From: a virus
Strand: one strand, 5' to 3'
IMG/VR virus record: IMGVR_UViG_3300050821_005035
Span: 1-64,000 of that record
DNA length: 64,000 nucleotides
In this document: positions 1-9,781 of the stretch, piece by piece
How positions within the stretch are numbered: the first letter of the stretch is position 1
How the letters are laid out: every line of letters starts with the position of its first letter
Notes under the pieces: generated by a model
Database searches by the model: none
Seen by the model: the letters and a program-made list of their open reading frames with translations, nothing else
What the model was told of the DNA's origin: nothing
Translations under genes and position numbers: made by a program

Positions 1-1620
1 GTTCGAGCCATCGGCGACGAGCCTGTGCTAGGTCCGGACGGGACGCCCACATTCGATAAGAACAAGAACCCTGTTACCGTTCCCCGATACGCGATTATCA
101 CCAAGGCAACCAAAGACGGCCAGAAGGACGACAAGGTCGTAACACCGGAGTGGAGCGCGGACATCCAGAAGTACTACGGCTCCAATATCCCCGCAGGCAC
201 GAAGCTGACCACAGACCAGTACGCTGCGCTCGACACGACCATGAACAGCACCAGAAACACGGTGAAGATTTTAAGCGATACCAACGGGAAGCCGTTGAGC
301 GACGAGCAGATGAAGTCTCTCCGGTCTGACCTCGCCGACCCGACAATCCAAGGCGCGATAACTCACGTCCCAGGCTCCGCTTACGCGGGCATCCAAGAGT
401 ACTTGTCGAACGCGGACCAGCACATCGCCCAGCTAAACAAGCAGATGGACGCGGCGAAGGCCTCCAAGAACCAACAGGCTTACGACACCGCGAACACCCA
501 GCTGCAGGACATCAAAGAAGACCGCCAGAAAGTGGCCGATTTCTCCCGGATGGCAATCGACAAGAAGCAGATCGACGAGTACAACAAGAAGGAAGAGAAG
601 GGCGACGACATGATGTCGCAGGCCATGAACGATCCGAAGGTCATGGAAGGCCATACACCAGCGTACACTGGAGTTCTCTCCAAGATCAAGGACGACCCAA
701 GCGAGTCACCAGCCCGCCGTAAACAGGCCAGCGATCTACTCGGCGTGGTCGGAGATATTCAAAGACAGGAAGTAAATCTGGAGAAAGAAAAGGCTGCGGG
801 AAAGAAAGAAGCCTCCACCGGATTCGAAGGCGACATTAATGCCAAGACTCCTGAAGCGTTTCTTGCAAGCTTGAAGCCAGAGGAGCAGTCTCTCGTATCA
901 ATGGTCGGGAAGGGCAAGATGGCGGTGAACCGCATCGAGTATCTCGCCGCGCGCCAGCCTGCGGTTTTGGAAGCCGTTGCGAAAGCGTATCCCGACTTCG
1001 ATTCATCCAAGGTCGCAAGCTACGGCACCACTTACAAGGATTTCACGTCCGGTAAAACGAGCGTGGCTTTGAACGCTGGCGGCACAGCTATGGGCCACTT
1101 GAACGAGTTGAAGAATCTAAACACAGCAGCCAGCCACATCCCTCACACCCCAGCATGGACAGCTTATCAGAACAAGGCCGATACCCTGGCGACAGAGTTG
1201 GCTAAGTTTTACGGAGACGCAACAGTCCCCGCAATCGCGAGCATCAAAGACACTCTCACGTCCACGCTGCCGGGTAACAGAGACGCTGCGATCAAAACCC
1301 AGGCCCAGTCTATGGGTGATAAGTTGAGCGCGTTCGAACAGACGTGGAAGAACGCAGCGCCGAGCGCCGCATACGAAGCGCCTCTCCCGTTCATATCAAC
1401 GCAAGCAAAGAAGGCCTTTGCTAGCTTGAATCCAGAATACGCTGCAGAACATCCAGAGCTAGCTCCCGCGCAATCCGCTGCACCAGCAGCCGCTGCGAAA
1501 CCCGTCGCCCCGTCGGGCGGCACGCATCCGATGGTATCAAATGACGGTAAGACGCCGATTTGGCTTGTCAACAATAAGTGGGTTACAGCAGACGGCCAGC
1601 CGTACGTGGCAAAGCCGTAA
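1..1620 (+). CDS. Virion/ejection-type protein, 5'-truncated by window edge
   Basis: Frame is open from base 1 to TAA at 1620; Ala/Lys/Gln-rich helical composition; lies directly upstream of the giant protein. Confidence 0.55.
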   Translation, partial: VRAIGDEPVLGPDGTPTFDKNKNPVTVPRYAIITKATKDGQKDDKVVTPEWSADIQKYYGSNIPAGTKLTTDQYAALDTTMNSTRNTVKILSDTNGKPLSDEQMKSLRSDLADPTIQGAITHVPGSAYAGIQEYLSNADQHIAQLNKQMDAAKASKNQQAYDTANTQLQDIKEDRQKVADFSRMAIDKKQIDEYNKKEEKGDDMMSQAMNDPKVMEGHTPAYTGVLSKIKDDPSESPARRKQASDLLGVVGDIQRQEVNLEKEKAAGKKEASTGFEGDINAKTPEAFLASLKPEEQSLVSMVGKGKMAVNRIEYLAARQPAVLEAVAKAYPDFDSSKVASYGTTYKDFTSGKTSVALNAGGTAMGHLNELKNLNTAASHIPHTPAWTAYQNKADTLATELAKFYGDATVPAIASIKDTLTSTLPGNRDAAIKTQAQSMGDKLSAFEQTWKNAAPSAAYEAPLPFISTQAKKAFASLNPEYAAEHPELAPAQSAAPAAAAKPVAPSGGTHPMVSNDGKTPIWLVNNKWVTADGQPYVAKP

Positions 1621-1631
1621 TAGGATAAAGC

Positions 1632-4600
1632 ATGGCCGACCAGTCAACCGATTTATCGACAACGAATCAACCAGCGGGAACCACGAGCATTGACAACGGC
1701 ATCGCCTACGACGTTGCGGGCAAGCCGCTTGGACCTGCGAATATGGGAGCGCAGGAAGCTGCGCCGCCGCCTCCTCCTGGATTTAAGCCTGTGACAGTGA
1801 GCGGGCAAGACGCGCCTCCTCCACCTCCCGGATTCAAGCCCGTTGCTGAAAAAGCAGAGCAGTCCGCTGCACCAGCACCCAAGGCCGAGGAAGACAGTGC
1901 TGCGTACAAGTCTTTGAAGAACTTCGCGGGTGCGTTCAACCTCACGTTGACAGGCTCCGAAGACGCGGACTCGTTGAAGAAAAAGGTCTCGGACTATATT
2001 CAATCGCAGCCTCCCGGCTGGACAAAGAATTTCTCCCCTCAGTTCCAAGAGATGACAAAGGCCGCTAGCGGCGTCATCGGAATGGCGAAGGGTGCGTACG
2101 ACTCTCAGAAGCACGAGATGGATACCGGAATTGCGCAGATGCAGCAACCGGGAATCGCTAATAAGGCGTCCGGCGCGGCGCGTTATGCGCAAGGTCTTGT
2201 TCCGTTCATAGGCCCAGCAATGGGAGCCATCGAAGACAATTTCGCGAACGGAGATTACGCGAAGGGATTAGGCACCGCGTTCGCGCTGCTTGTTCCCGGA
2301 GCAGCGGAGCACTACGGCCCAGGCCTCATTGAGGACTTAAACAGCCGCGCGGCGAAGGTAGCTACCACCGACACGAAGAGACTGATTCAAGCAGCCAAGA
2401 CCCAGGACAGCGCCAAGGTACTGTACGACGGTCGCACCCGGGAGCACAACGTCGCGGTACAGCAGGTTAAGGACGCAGAGACGCGCGCCGACGCAGCTAG
2501 AGAGGCACAAGTCGCTGGCACAGGAACCAAGGCGCAAGCAGACGAGGCAGCAACCAACGCGTCAGCCGCGAGAGCGAACTTAGGGAAGGCAGAGTCTGCG
2601 GTAACGGACGCGAGGGACGCGCACGCGAACGCGTCGGTACGAGTCGAGCAATTAACGAGAAAGGCTCAAGCCAGCCTCGGAAAGGCAGCGGGCACCAAGA
2701 CCGCGTCACCGGAGCAGGTCGAGAAGTCTCACTCAGATTTCGAGCAAGCTATTCCGTCAGGGAAAGGAAAGTCCGCGTACACGAGAAACGATCTCGTGAC
2801 CGCGAGGCCGATTTTAGAAGCTGCGCACGCCGATACTCCAATAGACAGTCCGGAAGCGGTAGTAGGCGCGTTGGAAAGTGACCGGGTATCTAGAGACAAC
2901 CAGGTCTTGGGCGCGGTAGACAAGTATAAGAACGAGCCTATCAGAGTGGAAGGCGAAGACGGCAAGACAGTCAGCTTGAAGCAGAAGCTGGTCGACTCAT
3001 TGAAGGAAGACGAGGCCGTTCGTCCTGGCTTCACTGAAGCCGCGTTGAAAGAGTTGGAAAGGTTTAACACCACCGATATGTCGGTCGGGGAAGCTGACGC
3101 GCTTCGTAAGTCTTTGAATACGGAAAACCGCGACATGTTGAACACGAGCGGCGGCTGGAGAGACGTCGCAGACGCAAGGGAAACAGACCCGAAGTTTGCC
3201 GCCAGATACGAGCTACAAGAAATTCTTCGCAACGGAGTTTACGGCACGCTGGAAGATAAGGGCGTCGAAGGCGCGAGAGAATCCCGCAAGGTAGACGCGT
3301 CGGTCATAAGAATCAAGAACGCTGCGTTGAGGCAGCTTAATAAGCCTGGAACAATCATGAGAGGGACCGGAGAAGCCGGACCTGTCAGACGGGCTGCGGC
3401 GTGGGCTGCGGAAAAAGCTGGCATAGCTGGCGGCGTGGCCGCAGGCGCAGCTACCGGGATACCAGGCGCACCAGAAGTACTCGGCGTGGCTGGCGGCGGA
3501 ATAGGCGGGAAGATTTCAAGGGCGCTTAATCCAGGCGATCTAACACGCAGCGAACAACTAGGTCGTTCTTTGAAGGTAAGGCACGGCGGGGAAGTTCCGA
3601 CCATTGACGTGTCCGGCTCTCTGCCGAGCAACCCCCCTGCGTTCGGACAGCCTCCCGCTGTAGAGCCTCCGGTAAATCCGAGAGAGAACACAGAACTGCA
3701 CGCTCAGTTAGTCGCTCACTACGACGAGGACATGGGAGACAGCACGTACTCCGAGTTGGAGCAGCGTCTCTTGGAAGATATCGCGATCAAAAAGAAACAC
3801 GGCGTACCTGTTGACCCAGCCGAAAAGAAACTCAACCTGGATATTCAAAAGTCCAAGGTCGAAGAAATTCAAAAGGCGCGCGGTCAACACGAGGAGCAAC
3901 TCAAGGTTACGGCCAAGGCTGCGGCGGAAGCGCAGAAGCAGCAGGAAGCAGCTATCGAATCTAGGAAGACAGGCACGGTCAAGACGGATGTTAATCCGGA
4001 ACTCGACAGACTAGGACGCGGCGACGAGTCCGCCTTGGTATCTCACTCGCCCGCGATGAAGGCGCATAGTCCTGCGTCTGTAATCCCCGGCCTACCGGAA
4101 GGCGTTACCTCCGAGGACGGACATATCCACGAGTGGGCGCACATGGCAATCGGTTCGGTCGACGGACTAGAACCTGTCGAGATTCGTTCCGACATCCACC
4201 CGAAGAGCGAGAAGGGCGCTGGAGCTACCGCAGTGTTCAATGGCTCCGCGCTGCGCGACGCTGCGGGCAATATCGACCCGGAGGCCTTGGGAAATCAGGA
4301 AACGCAGTGGCTGACCCAGAAGATGGCAGGCCCGGCGTCCCACGAAGTCTTCAAGGGAATGACGCGCGACGAGGTAAAGGCCTCTCCCGCGACCCGTTCC
4401 GACTTCCGCACGTCACGCGCTATAGTGCGAGAGGTTCACCCGGATTTCACCGCATCCCAGGTCGAAGCGGTCGTTGACGCGGCCTACGAACGCGCCAGAG
4501 ATTTTCTAACTAAGCCACACATCGCAGACCGCATCCGTGCGAACGCTGCGGTGAGAGAAGACGGACTGTCACAAACGCTCCATGCTAGTCATGGACGTGT

Positions 4601-7600
4601 AAGCCAATTTGCGGAGGATATACGAAATGCCCACAATGAATACACCGGAACTGACGTTGAACCAGATGGCGGCGGGGCTGGGGAAGGCGTCGAGAAAGCT
4701 GAGAAGCCAGCAGCCGAAGAAGGGAAGAAGGACGCAGGAAGAAGTGAAGAGCGAGGCGGGAAAGGAACACCAAAGCCTGCTAGCGAAGCTGCAGCAGCCC
4801 GTGGGGTCGTTGAAAGCGAAGTAGGCAAGATTCCCGTCCCGAAGGAAACGACAACCGGGAAGCCGGAAGTCGACGAGGCCATCCGCGCGGGCGGGGGCAT
4901 CCCGGGCGGCATTCAGAAGGGCTTCGAGTACAAGGACAAGACTACGGGCGAGACTCGTCAGTACCCGGACACCGCGTACGTACACGAGCCGACCTCGGGC
5001 ACCTCGTTGAACTTTCCCATAGATCAGATCACATCGGAGTTCGTGAAGCAGCGACTGGATGAGAAGCGGGCCGAGTATGCTGCGGCAGAGAAGCCGAAAG
5101 TAGAAGAGAGCCAGGTCTCCAAGAAGGAAGAGGAGAACTATCATCCGGACCTTCAAGCGGTAGCCAATAAGTACGGCACGTCAACGGACCCGACAGGAGT
5201 TAAGCGCGGCGCTTCGTTCATCGCACCGGACGGAAAATTTATTCACCTGGGAGCCACGGAACACCCGGTCGCTATCGAATCTGCGACTAACCGAGTTGGC
5301 GATGCGGAAGCAGTCGGCGCGAAGATGACACGCTCGAACGGGCCGGAAGACAGTCGAATCGGATTCTTGAAAGACACCGGAGCTATACGTACCCGCTTCC
5401 GTTCATCGGTCGCCGGTAAAGAATTGGTCGCGTCCGTACCCGCAGCAGGCGTATCAGAAGAGCAGATATCTGCACTGAGACAAGCTGTAGGACAAGGATT
5501 GGGACGAGACGGAAATTTTCTAATGGAAGTTGGAGAGCCAGGCGGAAAGTCGGCCACGAAGGAATTCGCTTCACCTCGCGACGTCGAACCGATGCTGCGA
5601 GAGATCGGCGCTCACCCGGAACAGAAGGCCGCACCAGAGAGCCAAATAGATGTCCACGAGAAAACAGGCGGCTCCACATTTACACCGGAAGGCAAGAACC
5701 TCGCGGGTTCAGACTTGCATGCGGTCGCGCCGTACCCGGAGCGTTCTCAGGTAGTTGATAAGCTGACGCCGGAAAACTTGGCCGCATACAAAGCCAAGAA
5801 CGCGGACCTTTTGAGCGACGGTGAACACGCTGTCGGAACCTGGAAGGACCCGGAGAGCGGCAAGACGTATCTCGATATCTCTAAGACCATTGCCGACAGA
5901 CAGGACGCGATCCGAGCCGGACAGGACGCGAACCAGAAGGCTATTTACAATTTGAAAACAGGGGAGACGATTCCGACAGGCGGCACCGGAGAGGCAGAAA
6001 CACCTTTTGATGTAGCCAAAACTCGCCCAGAACGCGTCGCAGAAATTCAAAGCAGAATGGACCGAAATCTGCGCGCAGGAGATAACCAGTACAAAGGCTT
6101 GAGTCCAGAAGAGCGGAACATCATGGCTTGGGATGCCCAAAACGGGATGGACCAAGTTCGCGGTGCGATCTCTAAGGCGGGAGCCAGATTTGCAGGAGGC
6201 CCGCTGGCAGATGGCCGTTGGAACGTCCAAGACCCGGAGACCGGACAATACGCCACTGTAAGTGACTTGAAGCCGAAGAGTATCCAAGATGCGTTGAAAG
6301 CTGCAAGATCAGGCCAGCAGATGCAATTGCCAGATGGCTCATGGACAACGCAACCGGATAATATTTTGGAGATGAGCCAGATCGGAAAGTCTCCCAAGGG
6401 TTCCTCGGTTCCTTTGATGACGAACCCGCTGGAAGTCAAGGGCACCGGAGAGAAGGGCCGCATCTCTACTCTAGACGTTGCACAAGCGTTGAACGATTAC
6501 AGCAAGGAAAAGAACCCCGCGCTGGAACCAGGCAGCAACGCGAAGACGATGACAGACCGCGCTCAAAAGATTGCGGAGGACGAGGCCAAGTACCAGCTTG
6601 CACAAGGTAAGACGGGTACCGAGTGGTACACCACCGAGATGAAGGACCACGACGCAGCACTACAGGGTATGCGTCCAGAACTCGCGGGCGGTGAAACGCT
6701 CGACTCAGTTCCCGGGCACCCTGTGAAGCTGTCGCTGTTCAAGGCTGCGGAAGCGGTCTTGTCATCCGGCCAGAAGCCTTACGGAAACTTCAAGGCAGCT
6801 GTGAAGGCCTGGGACGCTTACAACGAAACAGGAAAGTTCCCACGACTGAATCCGGCAACAGGAAAATCTTGGGGACCTCGGGGCGAAGCTGCGTACGGCA
6901 ACGCTCTCGACATGATTAACAAACTGGTCGCCGACAAGGGCGAGAAGGGCGCGGCTGAGTGGCTGCTCACCGACCACCCGGTATCGGAGTTGAAGGAGTT
7001 GAACTCCACGACTAAGGGAAAGAAGACCGACATGCGTCCTGGAGCTATCATCCTGGGCGAGAAGCGGGGGCCTTTCATGCAGAACCTCCACGGCATCGAG
7101 TCCGCGTTCACCGCCGATATGTGGGTCTCCCGTACTTGGAACCGCTGGATGGGTACGATGGAATTCGGAAAGGACAAGGAAGGCGTCGACGAGATCAAGA
7201 GCGACTCCCCACGCAACGGTGCGGAACGCGACCTGATGAAGCAGTCCTTCGAAGGCACGGCTAAGAAGCTGGGTCTCACCACATCCAGCCTGCAGGCCGT
7301 CCTCTGGTACTACGAGCAGGCGTTGTACGGCGCGCAGGGCATCCCGAAGGAGTCTTGGTCGTTCCGGGACGCGGCACAAAGAGCCGCTAAGGAAGAGGCT
7401 GCGGTACCGGAAGCGGAACAGACGGGCTTCCAGTTCGGGGCGAACAAGGAAAAGGGCGGGATATCGAACATGGGCAGCTTGACCGCTAACCCGAAGTTCG
7501 ACGCTCTGGGAAGACCTTTCGGCGGCGGAAAGATGAATCTGGAAGAGTCTCATATCACTCAGGAACCAACGTACACCGTCCCAAAAGGGTGGAGTAAAAC

Positions 7601-7982
7601 AGGACCTGCGAAGGCACCCGGTATGATTAGTCCCGGAAATATTGACCTGACAACTCGGCCAGTGGTGAAGAACGACGACGGAACAACCAGCAGCGAATAT
7701 TCCACCTCAATGGAAGATGAGAACGGACACGAGGTCTTGGTCCCCACGGTGGTAAACGGAAAGTTCTTAACACCAGATGGCAAGAAGCCTCCAGAGGGTC
7801 ACCACGAGAAGCAGGCCAACGGAAGCGACCGATACGTACCCAGCCCGCAGGAGAAGATGATGTTCCAAAAGGCTTGGCAGCATTACAAGCAGACAGGCCA
7901 GCACTTGGGCATATTCGATAACGGCGAACACGCGGACGCGGCAGCGGACGCAATTCACAGCCGACCGCCTGTGAAGAAATAA
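1632..7982 (+). CDS. 2116-aa polyvalent (probably injected) virion protein with M41-like HExxH peptidase, SAM-lyase-like, HhH-glycosylase-like and conserved C-terminal domains
   Basis: RBS AGGA; HIHEWAH...MAGPASHEVF; GTWKDPESGKTYLDIS...NQKAIYNL; WY...LSS...GEKRGPFMQNL...TADMWVSR...LQAVLW; C-terminal GNIDLTTRPVVKNDDG...EVLVPTV...TGQHLGIF. Confidence 0.7.
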   Translation: MADQSTDLSTTNQPAGTTSIDNGIAYDVAGKPLGPANMGAQEAAPPPPPGFKPVTVSGQDAPPPPPGFKPVAEKAEQSAAPAPKAEEDSAAYKSLKNFAGAFNLTLTGSEDADSLKKKVSDYIQSQPPGWTKNFSPQFQEMTKAASGVIGMAKGAYDSQKHEMDTGIAQMQQPGIANKASGAARYAQGLVPFIGPAMGAIEDNFANGDYAKGLGTAFALLVPGAAEHYGPGLIEDLNSRAAKVATTDTKRLIQAAKTQDSAKVLYDGRTREHNVAVQQVKDAETRADAAREAQVAGTGTKAQADEAATNASAARANLGKAESAVTDARDAHANASVRVEQLTRKAQASLGKAAGTKTASPEQVEKSHSDFEQAIPSGKGKSAYTRNDLVTARPILEAAHADTPIDSPEAVVGALESDRVSRDNQVLGAVDKYKNEPIRVEGEDGKTVSLKQKLVDSLKEDEAVRPGFTEAALKELERFNTTDMSVGEADALRKSLNTENRDMLNTSGGWRDVADARETDPKFAARYELQEILRNGVYGTLEDKGVEGARESRKVDASVIRIKNAALRQLNKPGTIMRGTGEAGPVRRAAAWAAEKAGIAGGVAAGAATGIPGAPEVLGVAGGGIGGKISRALNPGDLTRSEQLGRSLKVRHGGEVPTIDVSGSLPSNPPAFGQPPAVEPPVNPRENTELHAQLVAHYDEDMGDSTYSELEQRLLEDIAIKKKHGVPVDPAEKKLNLDIQKSKVEEIQKARGQHEEQLKVTAKAAAEAQKQQEAAIESRKTGTVKTDVNPELDRLGRGDESALVSHSPAMKAHSPASVIPGLPEGVTSEDGHIHEWAHMAIGSVDGLEPVEIRSDIHPKSEKGAGATAVFNGSALRDAAGNIDPEALGNQETQWLTQKMAGPASHEVFKGMTRDEVKASPATRSDFRTSRAIVREVHPDFTASQVEAVVDAAYERARDFLTKPHIADRIRANAAVREDGLSQTLHASHGRVSQFAEDIRNAHNEYTGTDVEPDGGGAGEGVEKAEKPAAEEGKKDAGRSEERGGKGTPKPASEAAAARGVVESEVGKIPVPKETTTGKPEVDEAIRAGGGIPGGIQKGFEYKDKTTGETRQYPDTAYVHEPTSGTSLNFPIDQITSEFVKQRLDEKRAEYAAAEKPKVEESQVSKKEEENYHPDLQAVANKYGTSTDPTGVKRGASFIAPDGKFIHLGATEHPVAIESATNRVGDAEAVGAKMTRSNGPEDSRIGFLKDTGAIRTRFRSSVAGKELVASVPAAGVSEEQISALRQAVGQGLGRDGNFLMEVGEPGGKSATKEFASPRDVEPMLREIGAHPEQKAAPESQIDVHEKTGGSTFTPEGKNLAGSDLHAVAPYPERSQVVDKLTPENLAAYKAKNADLLSDGEHAVGTWKDPESGKTYLDISKTIADRQDAIRAGQDANQKAIYNLKTGETIPTGGTGEAETPFDVAKTRPERVAEIQSRMDRNLRAGDNQYKGLSPEERNIMAWDAQNGMDQVRGAISKAGARFAGGPLADGRWNVQDPETGQYATVSDLKPKSIQDALKAARSGQQMQLPDGSWTTQPDNILEMSQIGKSPKGSSVPLMTNPLEVKGTGEKGRISTLDVAQALNDYSKEKNPALEPGSNAKTMTDRAQKIAEDEAKYQLAQGKTGTEWYTTEMKDHDAALQGMRPELAGGETLDSVPGHPVKLSLFKAAEAVLSSGQKPYGNFKAAVKAWDAYNETGKFPRLNPATGKSWGPRGEAAYGNALDMINKLVADKGEKGAAEWLLTDHPVSELKELNSTTKGKKTDMRPGAIILGEKRGPFMQNLHGIESAFTADMWVSRTWNRWMGTMEFGKDKEGVDEIKSDSPRNGAERDLMKQSFEGTAKKLGLTTSSLQAVLWYYEQALYGAQGIPKESWSFRDAAQRAAKEEAAVPEAEQTGFQFGANKEKGGISNMGSLTANPKFDALGRPFGGGKMNLEESHITQEPTYTVPKGWSKTGPAKAPGMISPGNIDLTTRPVVKNDDGTTSSEYSTSMEDENGHEVLVPTVVNGKFLTPDGKKPPEGHHEKQANGSDRYVPSPQEKMMFQKAWQHYKQTGQHLGIFDNGEHADAAADAIHSRPPVKK
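1758..1845 (+). repeat. Duplicated APPPPPGFKPV peptide
   Basis: Two copies in the N-terminus of the giant protein. Confidence 0.8.
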
Positions 7983-7983
7983 C

Positions 7984-8012
7984 TTGACAAATACGAAGGG
8001 ACGTGATACTCT
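7984..8012 (+). promoter_or_regulatory. Sigma70-type promoter, extended -10
   Basis: TTGACA-17 bp-TACTCT with TGn; followed by RBS GGAGGTG. Confidence 0.75.
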
Positions 8013-8030
8013 ATCTTCGGAGGTGAAACT

Positions 8031-8204
8031 ATGCCAGATGAGAAGAAACTAGGACCATCCGATTTCAAAGCGGAGGTAGAGCGGCTGCACGCTGCGGGCA
8101 AACTGCCCCAGCTTCACGAGCTACTTGGTGCGGTCGCTGACAGCAGGAAAGAGTTCGCCGGTAAAATACTGGAAGCACGGAAACAGCCAGCCGATTCAGA
8201 ATAG
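8031..8204 (+). CDS. 57-aa hypothetical protein (not in ORF track)
   Basis: GGAGGTG RBS; MPDEKKLGPSDFKAEVERLHAAGKLPQLHELLGAVADSRKEFAGKILEARKQPADSE. Confidence 0.75.
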   Translation: MPDEKKLGPSDFKAEVERLHAAGKLPQLHELLGAVADSRKEFAGKILEARKQPADSE

Positions 8205-8213
8205 GAGAAAACA

Positions 8214-8579
8214 ATGTCCAACGACGTAGGAAGTGGTGACCGTTTAGCAAGAGGCGCAACCAGGGCGACGTTTCGCTCCGACGGGCGCAAGATGACCGAT
8301 CAGCAGTGGAACAGTAAGTTTGAAGGCAGCACGGGACAGCAGTTTCAGTACATCTACGAGTGCCCGACCCACGGACACTTCTCAGCAGACCGCGCATCCG
8401 ATATCTTCTTCGGAGCGCCTTACCTGGGCAAAACCTCGAAGTGTTTGAAGGCCGAGTGCGACGAGACGGCGGTTTACGGTGGAGAGCAGCCTTATGGAAG
8501 CAGTGGTCGCAATCCCTACAGCGAACCGACCGGAACTACTCGCGCTAACGCTGGAAAGGCTAAGCGCCGCAAGCGGTAG
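8214..8579 (+). CDS. Hypothetical protein with Zn-ribbon-like motif
   Basis: AGGAGA RBS; YECPTHGHF...CLKAEC; 3' end overlaps next gene. Confidence 0.6.
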   Translation: MSNDVGSGDRLARGATRATFRSDGRKMTDQQWNSKFEGSTGQQFQYIYECPTHGHFSADRASDIFFGAPYLGKTSKCLKAECDETAVYGGEQPYGSSGRNPYSEPTGTTRANAGKAKRRKR

Positions 8580-9282
8580 GCCGGAAGTTCACATTTACGC
8601 AGACTCGATGCCAGAGGCGCGCCTCCGTGAGATAGAGATCGTTCGCGATCTTTACCTTCCGGAGGCTTTTTTATTTCACGCCGCGCCTCATGTTAAAGTG
8701 CCGAGCGGCTGCTGGAACATACTTAATGCCATAAAAAGCTCGTCCAGATGCTCCCAGAACGTTTATCTGGTAGAGGAAGATGTCCTAGTATACCCGAATT
8801 TCTTCTCCCGTCACGAGTCAACCTTAAAGAGTTGCGAATCCTCGGGACAACTGAATAAGGTTGCCGCGTCTTGTGGCCGGATGCACCCGGACCCCCGCTG
8901 GCAGTACAGGCATCTCTACACCAACCCAGGCTCGTGCCTCACTCGCCCGCTTCTCGACGCTCTCGTCCCCCACATCAACGCGGAGTACTTCCAGGACACG
9001 AAGGCTTACTGCGAAAAGTATTTTGAACCTTGGGACGTCTCCACTTTGGACGATTGGTTGATTCGGAGGGTGATGCGCCAAGAGGGAATGACCGCCGCAT
9101 ACGGGCCAGCTGTGTGCGCGCACGTCGGATTTCGCAACTACAACGTGCTTGATATCTACCAGAACAAGGAAGGCAGTTTGGAGGAGAGGATAGCAAAAGC
9201 TCGCCATTTACTAGCCACAACCTCGCCGTCAGACAGGTACGCGAGGGACTTCGAGCCTTACCTCCCTACAGAATCTTCTTAA
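8479..9282 (+). CDS. GT-A fold glycosyltransferase (GT2-like)
   Basis: VVAIPTANRPELL N-terminal strand; YLVEEDV acidic motif; DDWLI; HVG; true start probably ATG 8494. Confidence 0.7.
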   Translation: MESSLMEAVVAIPTANRPELLALTLERLSAASGRPEVHIYADSMPEARLREIEIVRDLYLPEAFLFHAAPHVKVPSGCWNILNAIKSSSRCSQNVYLVEEDVLVYPNFFSRHESTLKSCESSGQLNKVAASCGRMHPDPRWQYRHLYTNPGSCLTRPLLDALVPHINAEYFQDTKAYCEKYFEPWDVSTLDDWLIRRVMRQEGMTAAYGPAVCAHVGFRNYNVLDIYQNKEGSLEERIAKARHLLATTSPSDRYARDFEPYLPTESS

Positions 9283-9577
9283 CGAGAAACTGAATCCACT
9301 TTGCCAGCAGCACCGCGATTGACACCCAAAAGAAGCTCGCGACCGCCAAGAAGCCGACGATTGATGCGATCAGTTCCAAAACTTTCCAAAATCCCATGTT
9401 TCCTCCTAAAAAAGTTTTATAATCGCGTAAAATGCAAACCACAATGTGGCGATTTTAAGCGTACTAGATATTTTGTTGAGAACTGCGATCAGCTGCGCTG
9501 CTTGTTCTGTTGTCATGTTCCCTCCTAAATTTACTCCTGTTGTAAATATGGCCTCTCGATTAAATATGCCACTGCTT

Positions 9578-9781
9578 TCAGTTGATTACGTTGTGAACGA
9601 CAATCCGGTAAGCGTTGCCCTTCGCGTTCTCTCCCTCGTCGACCAGGGGTGAGCAAGCGCACTTCAAAGAGAGGTAGTGCCCGTACATCAGATAGCCCTC
9701 GACTGCGGGAGCGACGTGGATGCCGCCGTTTGTGTCGTAGAACCGGCCCCAGCTGATTGCTGGAATCCCGGGACCCGGCAC
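9578..9781 (-). CDS. Hypothetical protein, His/Cys motif
   Basis: HVAP...H...CACSP...VVHN; translationally coupled to upstream ORF. Confidence 0.6.
   Translation of the reverse strand: MPGPGIPAISWGRFYDTNGGIHVAPAVEGYLMYGHYLSLKCACSPLVDEGENAKGNAYRIVVHNVIN

Noticed and set aside
1-9282. Terminase, portal or major capsid genes
   Set aside because: No such motifs seen; presumably outside the window, so morphotype is not assigned
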